A stretch of 64,000 nucleotides of DNA from Tubiluchus corallicola (taxonomy: Eukaryota; Animalia; Priapulida). The notes beneath the pieces are model-generated. The model searched no databases. It saw nothing but the letters and a program-made list of their open reading frames with translations, and was not told where the DNA came from. Shown here piece by piece: positions 37,261 to 51,400 of this stretch (its first letter is position 1; each line of letters begins with the position of its first letter). The stretch lies in the NCBI GenBank assembly GCA_030141605.1, contig JAQGDQ010001055.1:1-64000 (forward strand), in the 5' to 3' direction. The position numbers were made by a program, and so were the translations under genes.

Positions 37261-40200
37261 AAAAAAAAAGACATGGAAGAAAAAATGCAAACGGAATTTC
37301 ATGATTTTCATGTAGTTCTATTCAGCTGACTGTAAATTCCTAATTATCTAATAAATGGCTAATTTCACAATAACACACGACAAATGACTGCTGTTATTAA
37401 TCTTGAGCTTACACCTCACATTGTACTAAACGATAGGAAACCTCCGAGGATTATGCAGTCATTAACTTTAGGAAAACACGGTGTCAGCCTAAAACATGAA
37501 AATCGTTTGCTCGCATGTGCGTCCATTTGCCAGGTTAAACCCAGTGTCCCCAAGCATTACCAGCAAAGGTTAATTATTTCTTACGCTAAACTGAAAATAA
37601 GTGGGCAACGTTGGCAAGAACCAGCTCAGGTAAACGCTACCTGTCAGGTGTAAAAGCATAAAATTTCGTGCACGCAAGGGTATATGACCTGACGAGATGC
37701 AATAATGCTCGGGTGCTGCAATGTATACTGTAATTATGATAAAGCTAATATAGTACTGAGAGTACACGGACAAGACTCCTTGCCAGGGATGAGCAAATCG
37801 ATGGGTCTTATCCATGTCTCAATGTGCTATAGGATCCAGTGGAAATATCTGAACTATTCACTGATTACGTAAAATATCCTAATTAAATTTTACTGAAACA
37901 TAAACTACCAAATGCACATATTAGTATATAGTTAACACATCCAAAATACTGACCTAATTACTTGGTACTAAAAATTGAAGTACCAAAGTGTTAATTAAGA
38001 AATCAAAAAGAATAAGCTAAGTACATAGTGCTAAAATAAAAATACCAAAGTTACCTAAATACGAAAGCGTTCGAAAACACTGAGTTAATTAGTTACTGAA
38101 AAGACTGAAATCACGAACCACAAGCCATGATCCCATGTGGGATTTATAAATAGTGATGTACATCACAACTCATTACTGGGTTTATGCAGGAAGTAAGCAT
38201 TTGCATGGTATCACACCAGCCAATCCACTAATGAAGTCGAAGTGTATTACAAGAGCATCGGCTATCAGTTACCGCCAGGTTTCTGCACTATAACCACCAC
38301 TAGAAGAACTCACGAACTTCAATGTCTAATACAACCCATACGACAAGAAATTCCGTTGCAAACGAACATTTAGTAACTCAGAGAGCCAGCACGCTGAGGG
38401 AATCAATACGTGCAAATGCAGCCAATATCGTTATCAGACGAAATCATAATCCTCCTCTTGACAACGAGGATGCAGACGCCAGACTAATTTAAACGCAAAA
38501 TGGAAACGACAACGCGGCGAGTAAGTAATACCAAAGAAAAGCAGCAACGGGCAGTTTGCTCTGTAACATCTGCAATGCCAATAAAGAAAACGTTCCACGC
38601 TCTCCTTTTGTCTCCCATCTTCTCATGGGTATTTAGATTTTTCATCTACATAAGTGTTTACAGCTTTATACCTTCCCCCACCTTCTTTACCTTGGAACTC
38701 ACTACCAACATTTTGCACGCCATTTGAATCAAACTACCACTTGGAAAACAACTCAAAAGTTGAAAGCAGCAATATAAACACAATAATCAGGCTTATCGGT
38801 GTAAGTAGAGATTTGGACACAAAACGTCACTTAATTGGACTTACAAGACTTGCAGATGTCTTCAAGAAAGATGGAAGCCAATTAAGTTAGAAAACAGATG
38901 ATACGGACAATCCTAGTGCCATTCAGGAAGTGATTTGGATAATCTGTCCGCCACGTGCCCAGCACATACAAGGATCACGCAGTCAATCCTCGCTGCCCTC
39001 GAAAGCAGTAGAAATTTATCCTTGTTTTAATAACAAGTATTAATTAGTAATCAAACATTAAATTACAGACCAATTAGTATAAAGCTAGAATCACAGAAAA
39101 AGCTGCTTTAAACCAAGTCTTGTGACCAAAAACTATAAAAGTCCTCGATTTTAGTTCAAGATTCTATCAAGCACTTTAAAAAAGACAAAAAAGTACACAG
39201 TTTAAAAAAAGAAGCCACTTTGGCAAAATACATGTATAAGTGCTTTATTAACCAAAAACAAAACGTAATAGGTGCACAATTTTTATTTTAACAATGCAGA
39301 TTGCTCTGAAAGGAATAATGCGATAAAAATATGCTGAATGGCTAATATGCTTAAATATGCAGACGAAATCAGAAAGAAATGCGGTTGAGTGTTAAGCCAT
39401 ACAGTAAAGATATACATTAGTATGACCTTACTAACTGTATTTTGCATGGTTAGTTATGCTTATAGCATTTGCTAGAATTAATTGCTTCTTTTCGAACACC
39501 ATGTACTACAACAATGAAATCTATACATGTTTAGTGAATGCCGTATAGAGAGAGTTAAATGTCAAGCATTACATGATTACTCTTTACATGATGCCTAATA
39601 GGCGAACGACCTACGTAACGCTACGTTTTATGCCAAATACAGTTTCAGGTCAGTTAAAGTAATGCTAGCAATACAAAGGGTTATCATTCATTGTCACTTA
39701 GTAAAGTAGTAAATGATCAATCAATATTGTTAAATATGAATTTGTTTCAGTAAGGTCACCTTTACTTACACAGACAAACAGGGTAAAGCAGAGGTGATTT
39801 CTTGAGAATTTCAGAGCGAGTAACTGCCATCTGGTGTTGGAATCCGAAGATAGGTGACATTTCAGAAATCGCAAACGTCTGGAAGTTGTTCAGAGCTAAG
39901 GTTTTGCGTGAAAGCATGCCAGCCGCATCGTATACTTCACCTCAAAATAACACGTTGCTATGTACAGGCGTAGCATCTCAAAACAGATGCAAGACATCAA
40001 CTTCAGGGATTACCTAAAGATTTGTGGCTTCCAAAAAATCCTCAGTTTGCTCCGAATAAGAAGCACTGTAACTAAGAGCCACACTAGGCCCTCAATAACT
40101 TAATGTAAAATTCAAATTATATTGGCTTATATTTGACACAGATCTTAACAATTGCTCTCTTTAAAGTTAAACATAATCTGTATAAAGAGATGCTAGGTGG

Positions 40201-43200
40201 GTGACCCGGCGCACAATGCATCACACCATCAAGTCTACTGAGTTCTGTATAGTTCCCCGTATTAGTGCATTTTGATTTTGGAAACTGTAAAATGAGCCTA
40301 CAAATTAACAGCAATGACGTAAGATTTATTTACAATTATGCGTACAGAAAGACAATTTTAACAATGTTCAACGTATGAACATAAGTTTATAAAAACCAAT
40401 AAGACGAGCGTGTTTTATACCTTCATTGAAAATGACAGACACGTGTCCACACAGGCCTGTAACTGAAATATTACAGACTAGAAAGATTTCAGTGAGAGGA
40501 ATCCGGTCACTTCTGAATGTTTCACAACAACGCCTCCTGTTTATAGTTATGTGCTTTTCCGCCGACATTTCTGCATGTTTTCAACACAAAATATCTTGCG
40601 CATTGCACATTCAGTCACTACGCAACTGCATTATCACGCAACGCATTCAAACATAATTAATAAACTGATTAATTCAATTATACAGGAAGCAATGTATTCA
40701 GCGCTCAATAAACACTCTTGCATACCAATGTCACTATTACGCATAAATTAACCGGCGTGTACTTTATTCCCAGTCAATGTTCGCATGAAAATACTCATGG
40801 AATCTATGAGATTTCAAACAATCTGGTATTCCCGACATGTTTCGGGCAGTACCCGAGTAACCCGACGCACGTCATAGTCGTCGCCGCTAGCAATGTCAAC
40901 ACGCATGCAACTACAATACACATCTTGAATCATTTAATAGCAAATAGTTGAAGCGAGACACGCGCAGTGCCCCGGCCGCATGAACAATTTCACAAATGAG
41001 TTGGCGTTAGAGTGTTCTGCCTTTCCATATTTCATTATCCTGCCGAACGCTATTATGAGGTATCCGTACGCACTGTACGCCGGCGGTACCTGGGCCCCCA
41101 ACTTCGATGTACAGATCCGTAGCATGGGCCCCCTCAGGCTCAAAATGATAATACTTTTGAGCATGCATAATACTCAAAATGCATAGTTAAACATACATTT
41201 TTTGGAAAACTTCGAATTGTTATAAACTAAAGGATTTTGGATTTTAGGCTACAATTGAAGAGTTTTCTGTTTGTTCTAGCTGTTTATCTTCCTTGCCTCG
41301 CCGAGGCACCTGAGTCAATTCAACCAGGAAATGGAACGAATATTTCTCCAAGAAAATTCATCAAGTAAAGGCAGTAATTAAGCAAACAATGGCAACGAGG
41401 AGTATCGACCAAGCTGTTGATTATTCTACAGACAGGGTTAATGTGACACCTTGTTTGAGATTAACATTCTTTTTGTCTTTTGTTTCTAGACACAAAGCAA
41501 AAAATAGTCCTTATAAAGTCAATTAGTGTATGCAATTAATATATTAGTTCTTTTCAGGGTATGCAATAAAAGAAGTGACTTTTGCCTTTCTGAAGATGTA
41601 TGCAGACGAACTGGAAACAGTAAAACGATATCTAAACTAATGTTGACCAATTACCAAATAGCAAAGAGTCACGTGGGCAGCAGAAAGTACTTGAAGACAG
41701 AGACATTCGGCACGTGTCTTTCAAGAGGTTTACATTTGACACACGTGTTAAACATGTGAACTTCGGGTCATACACAGTCTCTGACAGATAAAAATAATAA
41801 ACATGGAGAATAAGCGGCAAGGCTTGTTATTGACGAATGACGACCAATTCAGTGACCCGATTCATATAATTCTTGAAGTCCGTGTACCATTTAAGACGGA
41901 CAACTGTTTAATAGTAACGTAACGTTCAACTGGTCAACAGTGAAAAACGTTGGTGATTCTATCTGATTCTATTGTAAAGTCACTGATCCAGAGAGCCGTC
42001 TATTTTAGCTACTATATGACCATCATTTGATACTCTCACAATTACTGGATTAGTAAGGAGAAGTCTTCCATGATAAGTTTCTACTCTGCGGGACCACAGC
42101 GGCTAAGTATTTTTTTTACAAATCGCCCAGCATCTCCATGGAAATAGAGTTCGCATATCTAGTGATAATAGGCACCTGTTGGCGTAATTCTTGAATCAAG
42201 TAAATGTTGAACTTTCAGGAAAACAGGCTTCTGCCAAGGTACAGAATTCCATAAATAAATATCTGAGACAAAATGTATTTATAAGCAAACATTTAGGAAC
42301 GTCGAGGATGAGTTTATGTTAACGAAAAAACACAAAAATTAACATTTTAATTAAAACGTATTAAGTTGCCTAAAGTGAACGGACTTTAGCAGTGCAACCC
42401 TTAATGCAAGCGTAAATAAATACCACTAGAAAGGTTTTGAAAGGACGCGCAAGTTATTACAAAAATCGACCAAAAGTCTCCAATCTGCCAAGCTTCGTCA
42501 CAAGTTCGCAATTTCAGCAAAATAAATGCCGTGGTGATGCAATCTGCGAATGTAGGTCAACCTTTTATTAATGGAAACAAGAAAGGCAAAAATTGCAAAT
42601 AAGACGAAAACACCAGAAGACGACGGCAGGCGGAGAAAGAGTGTGTGTGAGAGAGAGAAAGAAGTAAGAAAGAGAAGATGAAGAAAGATGCAAGGCAAAT
42701 GAAAAAGAGAAGCATACAGTCCAAGATAATGCAATAAGAGTTTAAACTGCGATAAAAAGCCTCAGCACGTAATAGGATCTGCAAACGTTCTGCAACATTC
42801 GGTTAAATTGAATTTCATCATCGCACTGTTACTGCACGCTGAACTCGATTAAATAGCATGTAATATCATCGTATTACTGCAACTAAAATGATAAAACTTT
42901 CAATTTTGACAAAATTTAACTGCCGAACAAAAATATTGGTGTAGTAGAACTAGGCTGAACATTTTCCCACCAAAGCATGATGTAATGATTCACTATACGG
43001 ATGCAGTTGCATTCACTGACAAGTAATTATTAAACAGGATATGCAAATTAGACCAACATGCACGGTTCCAAATTAATTTGGTAAATATCAATTAATTATA
43101 TATCCCTTCATACCTGTGCACTCACTGTGCCTAATTGATTTAACATAATAATTATATTGTCCTGGCTGTATGACCGGTATCACCAATTAAAGAGCTACGT

Positions 43201-43623
43201 AGGGCAAAATGTCATTTATGAAGCGAATACCCAAGGACCATGGGAGTGATGGGACCACTCGATGAAGCTGCAATTATCTTACAAGTATAGCTGTTACGAG
43301 TAAAGACTTCTTTGGAAACAAATTAATCTCAAAGATCTTGAATGCTATACAAACAAGCGTTTTGTGCACGGTTGTACATTGCACGACAGATAGATTATGT
43401 GGCGCATTCAGTGATTTATTTCAATTACGTCGATCAAATATATTTGAACGTTGGGTATGCAAAGTGAATATGAGCTTAGATAACTTCAGTCTTTCTTCAA
43501 AGAAAGTTACTAGTCATACAGACACCGACATACAAGCATAAAATAACCAGAAAATAAAGCCTAACGTGAAAAGGCAGCAAATGGGTGTTTTAAGACGCAG
43601 GGTTTTGAAGTAATATTATTGTA

Positions 43624-44036
43624 CAGGGTGTCCATAAAGTCTGGGTACATAGTAAAAACAAATACTTTTTAAAAAACAATTTTATTCAATTTTGATGTTG
43701 ATAAATAATATTTTCAACATGATTTCCATCATTTTCAATGCATAATTTGATGCGTTTTACAAAATTCATGTGAACTCGATGGAATAGATCCGCATTGCCG
43801 TCGATTTCAGCACACTGACTGGTAATGCGTTCTCTTAAATGGCTTAAATCTGTAATCTTCATCGAGTACACTTTCTCTTTTAGCACGCCCCAGAAAAAGA
43901 AGTCAAGGGGAGTACGGTCTGGTGAACGAGGGGACCACTCTACATTGACAAGACAAAGCCATTTTCTTTCTGAGGAGAAAAAATAAAAACAAATAAATAA
44001 ATAGTAAAATCCCTTATGTACCCAGACTTTATGGAC
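43624..44036 (-). mobile_element. Internally deleted Tc1/mariner transposon (maT/rosa-like) retaining the transposase C-terminus
   Basis: Left end is TA-CAGGGTGTCCATAAAGTCTGGGTACATA. A perfect 22-bp inverted copy lies at 44015-44036, lacking the outer 6 nt. Minus-strand translation gives WSPRSPDRTPLDFFFWGVLKEKVY...L.HLRERI...RIKLCIENDGNHVE. Confidence 0.88.
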
Positions 44037-47000
44037 TTTATGATAATAGCATGCACTATGTTCACTGATTTCAGTGGTATCCACCCTCTCCTTCTCGTCC
44101 ATCAATTTCAAGCGTTACAATAAAAACGACTTTTGTCAGCATTTGTTTACTTTTCGCCGTTTCTTCATTTTCTAGAAATCGATCCACTTAGAACTGAAGA
44201 GTTACAAGTGGGCCCATTGAAGCCACGCAGTCAATCTGCCACCCATCTGTGGAAACGTGAAGCCAAGCGGTTACTTCAGCGGTGACGTGCGTCGGCGGCG
44301 CAAATATGAGAAAAAAATGAAAAATTATACTCTAAGCGTAGAGTTACAAAACTACTGTGGAATGTGGAACAGGCTCAGGAGTTACGTCGTTTAAACTTTA
44401 ACATACTTAAAAGTTAACCAGATAGGTCTAGTCCGACTATCTAATAGTAATAACTGTATGCAACCGTTGAAATTTTCAAAGAGATTGTGCCACAAACAGC
44501 CAATTGGACACGTCTTGCGAATAGACGTACGGGACAAAGACGTCTTCTCCTGGCAGAAGAAATTGTCCTGAAAGGCCTTGTCCACTTGTATTTCGTTTTA
44601 TACTAAATGTAGATATGTGTATATACGCAGATATGTAGTCATTCCCCACTGTGTCGTTAAAACACATTGTCACGGTCCCCATAAGCAATGAAAGTGCTTC
44701 TCGCGGCTGTGCTGTAACTAATTATTAAAGATACATGTGCTCTGTCTACATTACAAGATTAATCCGGGTCCTAGTTATACACATATTGTAAGACCACAGA
44801 TAGTCAAGGAAAGTTCAATACCTGTAGTGATTTTACTGGCTGTGTGACTCTTCACATCAGATCCACATTTAAAAAGTCTACGACGGCAGAGAGTATTTTT
44901 TGCCTAGTGTAAATGGGGTTCAAGACAGCACCCAGTTATGAGAAGATCCGGACAAAAATGAAAAAACATAAGGGTCGACAAGCGTAAGGTCAGTAGACAA
45001 ACGATGAAATGGACGCAAGTTTGTCTCCTGGCATTTTCAGCTACATCCATTGGAAAAAATATTTCCTCTAATAATTCTGTTTTTGAAACGTTACAATTCA
45101 GCTGAAACTTTCACTATAAGATGTCATTTAATTACCAAACAAAAAAGAAGAAAAAGAAGAAAGAATGGTTCAACGCTAGACGTGTACGGCATTTACTTAC
45201 GAAGCCTCGCATACGAAGTGGCGAGCTCATCGCTCGGTGGCCCTTTTCTCCTTTTCAACACATGAAAGAACTCTCAGCAGGCCCAAGAAGAAACAGCTTG
45301 AAAAATTCGATATAAGTGAGATTCGCGTCTTCACGTTAAACAAAACGCACGAAAAAATACAGAAGGAAAACAGTAAGACTTTAACTACAGGTTTAACGAA
45401 ACAAATAAAACAATATTGTTTTCCCCTGTTTCACACTCATCTAAAATCAATTTATCGGCTAACTAAATCTTTGTGACGTGCAGTGATTAAATATACAAAA
45501 CACGCAGTCAGCTATAAAATGAAAATGTTTATAGGCAATTTTCCAATTGCATATTCAACCTACTTTCACTGCTACAAATAAATCTTATAGATCATCTCTT
45601 TCTCCTAACAAAGCTTGTTCTTAATCTGTCGGCGCAATGTCAGTTTCTTCAATACACGTTTCAATTAAACTTCTAATCCAGACAGATTAGATGCTGACAG
45701 AATTAATTTCTATTGGAAATCTGGAATGCTGCAGTTGCAAAGACGTGGTGTTTTTAGAATACGCACACGAAGATCATTAAAAAAGGTCTGACGTAGTATA
45801 ATAATTTTGGCAACAAATTATGAAAGTTGAATTGTCAAGCACAGCTTCAACAAAGCAGCACAGAAACTTTCTACTTTGTTGCAAGATTACATATTTATCA
45901 AACACGCCAATATTGTCATGTTATATGGCTAACACTTAACAACTTAAGCAATACGCAAGAAAAGTTTCAGGTGTTCTGTCTCGGCTTTTTCTAGTGTCCG
46001 TGATTGAAAAGCTCAGTTACGTGTATTGTAATCAGCACCAAGTCACAGAAGGTAGCACGAAACTCCGAAAACACGATTTTTTGAGCTTGAGTCGAATCTT
46101 AGTCGATAATTTACACAATTGCATTCATTGCCATGCTGACTGTTGTACAGCGTTTCGGGAATTGAAAATAACAAGCGTACGACAAAAATCAAATGTGTGC
46201 CGTGTGTCATAACAAAGTAGCTCCTCAAAGTGTTGTGGCAAGACGTGTATTTTGTGATCTTAACAGCGCAAAAAAATGCTATCTTGTTGCTTTTAACGCA
46301 GTGCTCAGTTCGCAATGTTCAGATCAATTTGTAAAACAGACAAAGACGTGTACAATGCACGAGCAATGTGGCGTTGCTTTTGTGATACAATTCACGTCAC
46401 ATAAAGCTGAGACTAGGTCAGGAGTCACTTCAGCCCAACAGAAGTTTTATTAAAAAACTTGCCCGGGGCTGTTGCACGTTTCAAGCATACTTCATCCTCT
46501 CTGTAATCTCCAAAGCTTTTTACCGCCTACAGTAATGCAAGGCGGTGTATTTTCATCGCGCAGCATATATATACGCCAGCATGCTAGATCCATCAGAAAC
46601 AGCGGTCCATTCAGTCCAAATAAGCTTAGATAGCCATATTAATTCACTCGCACTGAAATGTATATACTTGTCTGTGAAAGTGTACAATAATTAGTAAGTT
46701 GTCAAAGTCAGTCTTAGACAAATATCGTTTTTTGAAACATACGTTATGTTTTTATAGACTGATTTTGCATCCACACATTAGACTAAATGTCAACCTGATA
46801 AAAACGCAAATTTGCAAAATCCGACAAAAAGTGTTTTGACTGGGCAGGTACGATTTTGTTGAAATGTTTCAATTATACTGACTATTAGTAATAGATCTAA
46901 ATGCCAAACCGCCGATCTTTATATAGGGCACTGCCATAATTGTGAATGACCATGCTGAAAACGCAGGCATAGACATAGCAAAGTGTGCAGTGTCTAACAG

Positions 47001-47252
47001 TAAGCCAATGCAATCACTAGCCACATAATAAGTGACACAGAAATGACAGGGAAAATATTGAACAGATTGTGAAAGTACTCGTCCTCTCTATCAGTAATCT
47101 ATGTGTAGGTTAAGTACTAGCATCAGCACAGATATTTATTACATAGATACATACGCAGCGTAAGATAAAACTACCTATTCAATTACTAGACAAATGACCC
47201 TAGAATGGTTGTTTATAGGATGAAAATGAGTCAATGAGTTAACTAACCCTTG

Positions 47253-47337
47253 CTCGTAATTACTTGAGAGGGAGGCTCCATGCACACACCACCTTAACAA
47301 CAGATAATTAACTTCTACTCGTAATTACTTGAGAGGG
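47253..47337. repeat. Spaced direct repeat, 2 x 20 bp identical core
   Basis: CTCGTAATTACTTGAGAGGG occurs at 47253 and 47318, each followed shortly by ATGCAC(A/G)CAC. Confidence 0.8.
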
Positions 47338-48433
47338 CCGATGCACGCACACACCGCTCCAACTGTTGGCGTGCACTGCCAACGCTACGACTTGCAGATT
47401 CAATAGCTATTTCGGAAGTCAGATTCAACCTCCATCATTGAACGATCATTCATCATCACATACCACTTGTCAAACAGTTTAACAGAAAACATGTTTTCTT
47501 TTGAATACACCATTGATGCAAGGTTGCACAGGTCGCTCTCCACTGAGAGCCAATGTCAGTGTGACATAAAAATCATAAAATATAGTATATTCTCCTTTTC
47601 TATTAAATGTTTATACTCGAGTAGATAGACGGTACCCAAGTCGCAATAACTTTGCAATAAAGTATTTCTTACTGTAATTCTGAAACTTGAAAGTTATGTT
47701 ATACCTGAAAGTACTCGCCTGTAGCACTCATCGAAAGTGCAAATGTGCCCACTTTGTGTATATAATTCAGAAGACCGTAATTTAGGTAAACAGTTACATC
47801 AAATAAAGACGAAACTGAAGGACATTTTTTTATAAAACTGAAACATGCATTATACTACATACGTTTTTTTATTGTAGCTTCAATGTTATTATTATGTTAA
47901 TGTGTAGAATCTGGGCGTTTTTAGGAAATGTGCTCATCCATAAACATGTACATCTGTTACCTAGCAATACTTCAAAAATGTTGTTGAAACTGATATAGTG
48001 CAATCATTTATCTAGGGAACATCGTAGTTTGCGCGAATGAAATCAATTAATACAAATAATATAGCCGTATTACGCACAATTTCGCCTGGCCAAGCATTTG
48101 ATTGTCCAACAATGAGCCGTATATTACATTACCACCGCCTAACAACACAATTCTGACGTGCTCAGTAATGGCTTCGTGTAATAATATTGACCACACTTGA
48201 CCAGGCTGCGAGTGTAACGTTCATCATTAATGTCCATTCAGGGGCAATATCCGGCGCGAGAATTCCCAAGCGGTGGACGCACGTACTGTATCACAAAAGC
48301 ACGGAATCTGTTTGGAACTGAAATGGCTATGTGAAGGAAGTTGTGAGGCTTCACAATGACTGTTCACAACAGTATTTTCCAATGCATTCCGTTCTTCTGG
48401 CTTCAGCTCTTATATACCTTGTTATTTAGCCCT

Positions 48434-48434
<1 letters not shown>

Positions 48435-48482
<48 letters not shown>
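48435..48482. repeat. (CT)n microsatellite
   Basis: About 24 uninterrupted CT units. Confidence 0.95.
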
Positions 48483-48489
<7 letters not shown>

Positions 48490-51400
48490 CCTCTTTTCTC
48501 GTCTCTCCCAATTCTCCTTGCTCTCTCCCTACACCTTTTCCACCGTTCTGCATATTCACAGAGACTGCACAGAGCGTCGGAAACACACAAGCCATCAGCC
48601 GTGGCGAATTAACGTTGCATGAAACGGAGAATTTTATCCTAATTTGCGACATGTCGTAAACCAAGCTGCAGAGTGCATCTAGTACTGCAGCGAATGTTGA
48701 ACGCACAACGCAATGAATGCATTCCCCTCTACCCGCATAATTCATAGAAAACTAACTGCGCAATCATAAAGCGTGTGCCCGCAAACATATTGATTATAAA
48801 TGCATAAATTTGTGCGCCAATCAAAATACTCGATAATTGGACAAGTGTTAGCAAAATCAGCAGCAGAACCAGCCAGGAAAAGTCAATACCACTGCAAACG
48901 CTTAGCAAGATTACTGTCACACATAAGAAAACTTTATGCAGTCTTTAATACTTAAGCATTACACACTTAACCATTTAACATAGCAGCTCACGGGCTATTT
49001 TTGATACATGGTAGTTATTAGTATGCACTACGCACTCATGTTCATATGTTTGCAATGGAACGTTAGCAGCTCAGCATTAATATTACTCATCCGATCGAAG
49101 TTGAGATTAATGATCCTACTAAAAGGCTCTAATCCGAAGCCGTAACTGGACACCGGGCAAAATCAAATAATAATCCCGAGTTCAACCGCCTACCAAATCA
49201 AACGAATGCATGAGAGGCTCTACAGTGACTGTCAGAAAAGATCAACTTCAGAACGGTCCTTTCAAGAACAAAATAGGCAGCAATCAATGCGATAAAAAGA
49301 AGCTTGTGGTGGCAGACGTGACCCAGAAACGTACAGCCATGACTACAGTTCTAAAAGAGATCGTTAACCCTTCGGCAGACAGTCGACAGCCTAGCAACGG
49401 TGGAGTAAAGTGCCAAAAGAACACCCAATCCATTCTCTGGTATTTACATTTGCAAATAACCACAGGTGAAAATCTTTTAAAATGTCAACAACAAAAAAGA
49501 GTTCGCCGGGACAATTACGCATTGGCCAACCGAGGAACGAATACTTGAGGTCACATTATAAAGCTGTGAAGAATATAAGACCCTGTTCAAGGAATGGCAG
49601 ACTCACGGAGTAGAAGACCCAGAGTGAAAGCAACTAGTGGCATAATGACTATAAATAAAAACCAACAAAACAGGCCAAGGGAACGCGTGTGTCGTGCCTT
49701 TAACGTTAAATCATAATGTGCATACAATAGTTTAGAAAATCAGCTAACGAAAGTCAGTGATAAACTCCACAAAGAACGAAAACACGCGGTGTCGAGATCG
49801 CTCTCTTTGCACCCCTTCTCTCAATGGAGACGGCTGCTGTACCGGCTGTATCTATCGATCTCGTTGAATTCTGGATTTTACTCGGAATTTAAACAAGTAA
49901 AACTTGGCGGAGCAATCAGAGGCAATTACTTCCAATGTCCCAGGCCGTCCAAGAGCCGTCTCTCGGACGATCCTAAATTTGTGTCGCCTGATGATGTTGG
50001 CAAGAGCACAAAATGACGCTTTGCTAAAACGCTTTACTGCACGGCGGTAAAGTTTATGACAGCCAGGCTTTGCAGCAAACCGGAAATAGAAAGAGTCGTA
50101 AAACATCTGTATGTAAATCACCAGCATCCGTACAGTAATCACTAATTAGCTAATTAGTGTAAAACGCTGAGGCCGATCGTTAACTTAAACGGATTCACTT
50201 ATGCAAGAACAATAACCGGCACAGGTTTTCGCTTACTCTTGTAAAATTAAATCGGCTGCATAAAGGCTACCAGGCTCTAACGTATTTTAAACGCCACTGA
50301 ATAATAAGCGTTATTGATTAATCGTTACTGTACTTTTCCATAAATACAGTTTATGTGCTTTACTATTTCAAGTTTATCAAGAACTTTCCAAGTCCAACCA
50401 AGCATGGCTATCAGCCAGCGCCAGCTTCAGAAATTTAGACAATTCCAAAACTGGGTCATATCATAAGCACTCGGTCTCACAAGAAGACTATCAATTGGCA
50501 AATCTTATAGAAATTACAGTAATCAACGAACTATCCAGTTTGGAACAGTTTTGCGTGCAACTGCTGACAAACCCAATACATACCAATTTTTTTACTTAGC
50601 CGACCCAAAATGAACCAAAGTACAGTCATCAAAGTAATAAGCCGTCATTTCATAAATACTAGCCGAGATCAATGTTGCTTAACTGTCACTTATAATTTAT
50701 AACCGATGACACCGACAAGCATCTACTCAAATGCAATTCTGAGAAGATCGGGAGTAACATTTATAGAACAAATACACATTTCCACTGATATTTATACAAG
50801 TGATTTGAATCTGCGGCAATAGCTACACATTACGGAGACGCAGTCATGTATGTTTAACCTATAGTATTAGTCTGCATTTTCAGGAAATTGCCTACCATAC
50901 TGAGCTAGCGTAGATTGAACGCCTAGACAAAATGTCGGTAAATAAACACAACTCATATAAAATTTCAGCTGAAGCCCGCGTGACATCACTGACATGTTAG
51001 AAATTTGTGATATGTGCCACGCGGAGGTGCCTGGGTCAAAGGATTTTTGTAGTAACAGCGGGTGAAACGTCTGTACGAAGTAACACACACTAATGTTTGT
51101 TTATCCGGGATGGGACACTCGCAGCATCATTCAGAAATATTGACAGATTTTAACAGGAAAAAAATGGGAGTAAGCGATGATCATGTGCCTGAAAAATGTG
51201 TGGAGATTTCCTGAATCGACGCCATTTAGGATAATATGTAATTAAACCATCAGTTTAATAAAAATAATGCATGAGATTCGTGCATAAACAATGGAAGTAA
51301 TTTCAAACAGTACTATTTTGACTACTACGGTCTTAAGTACTGTACCAAATATACAGTACTGACGCACTAGACGAAGAACTGACGTAGAAATTACTTTCCT

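Noticed and set aside
38730-38890. Possible LINE C-terminal fossil (NTIIRLIGVSR...)
   Set aside because: Similarity is too weak to separate from chance without a search.
40960-41140. GC-rich patch with two GGGCCCCC motifs
   Set aside because: No TIR/TSD pair, RNA fold or coding signal that I could establish.
48356-48745. ORFs with SLSLSL / ERERER tracts
   Set aside because: Artefacts of translating the (CT)n microsatellite.
49150-49630. 112-aa ORF with faint RTE RT-like patch (TVRKDQLQNGPFKNKIG)
   Set aside because: Key QG and YADD motifs are absent. It may be a fossil but I cannot support it by eye.
49984-50020. Other hammerhead-like CTGATGA/CTGAAGA matches (also near 41590, 53769 and 62535)
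   Set aside because: The GAAA box or the stems are missing or need several assumed mutations.
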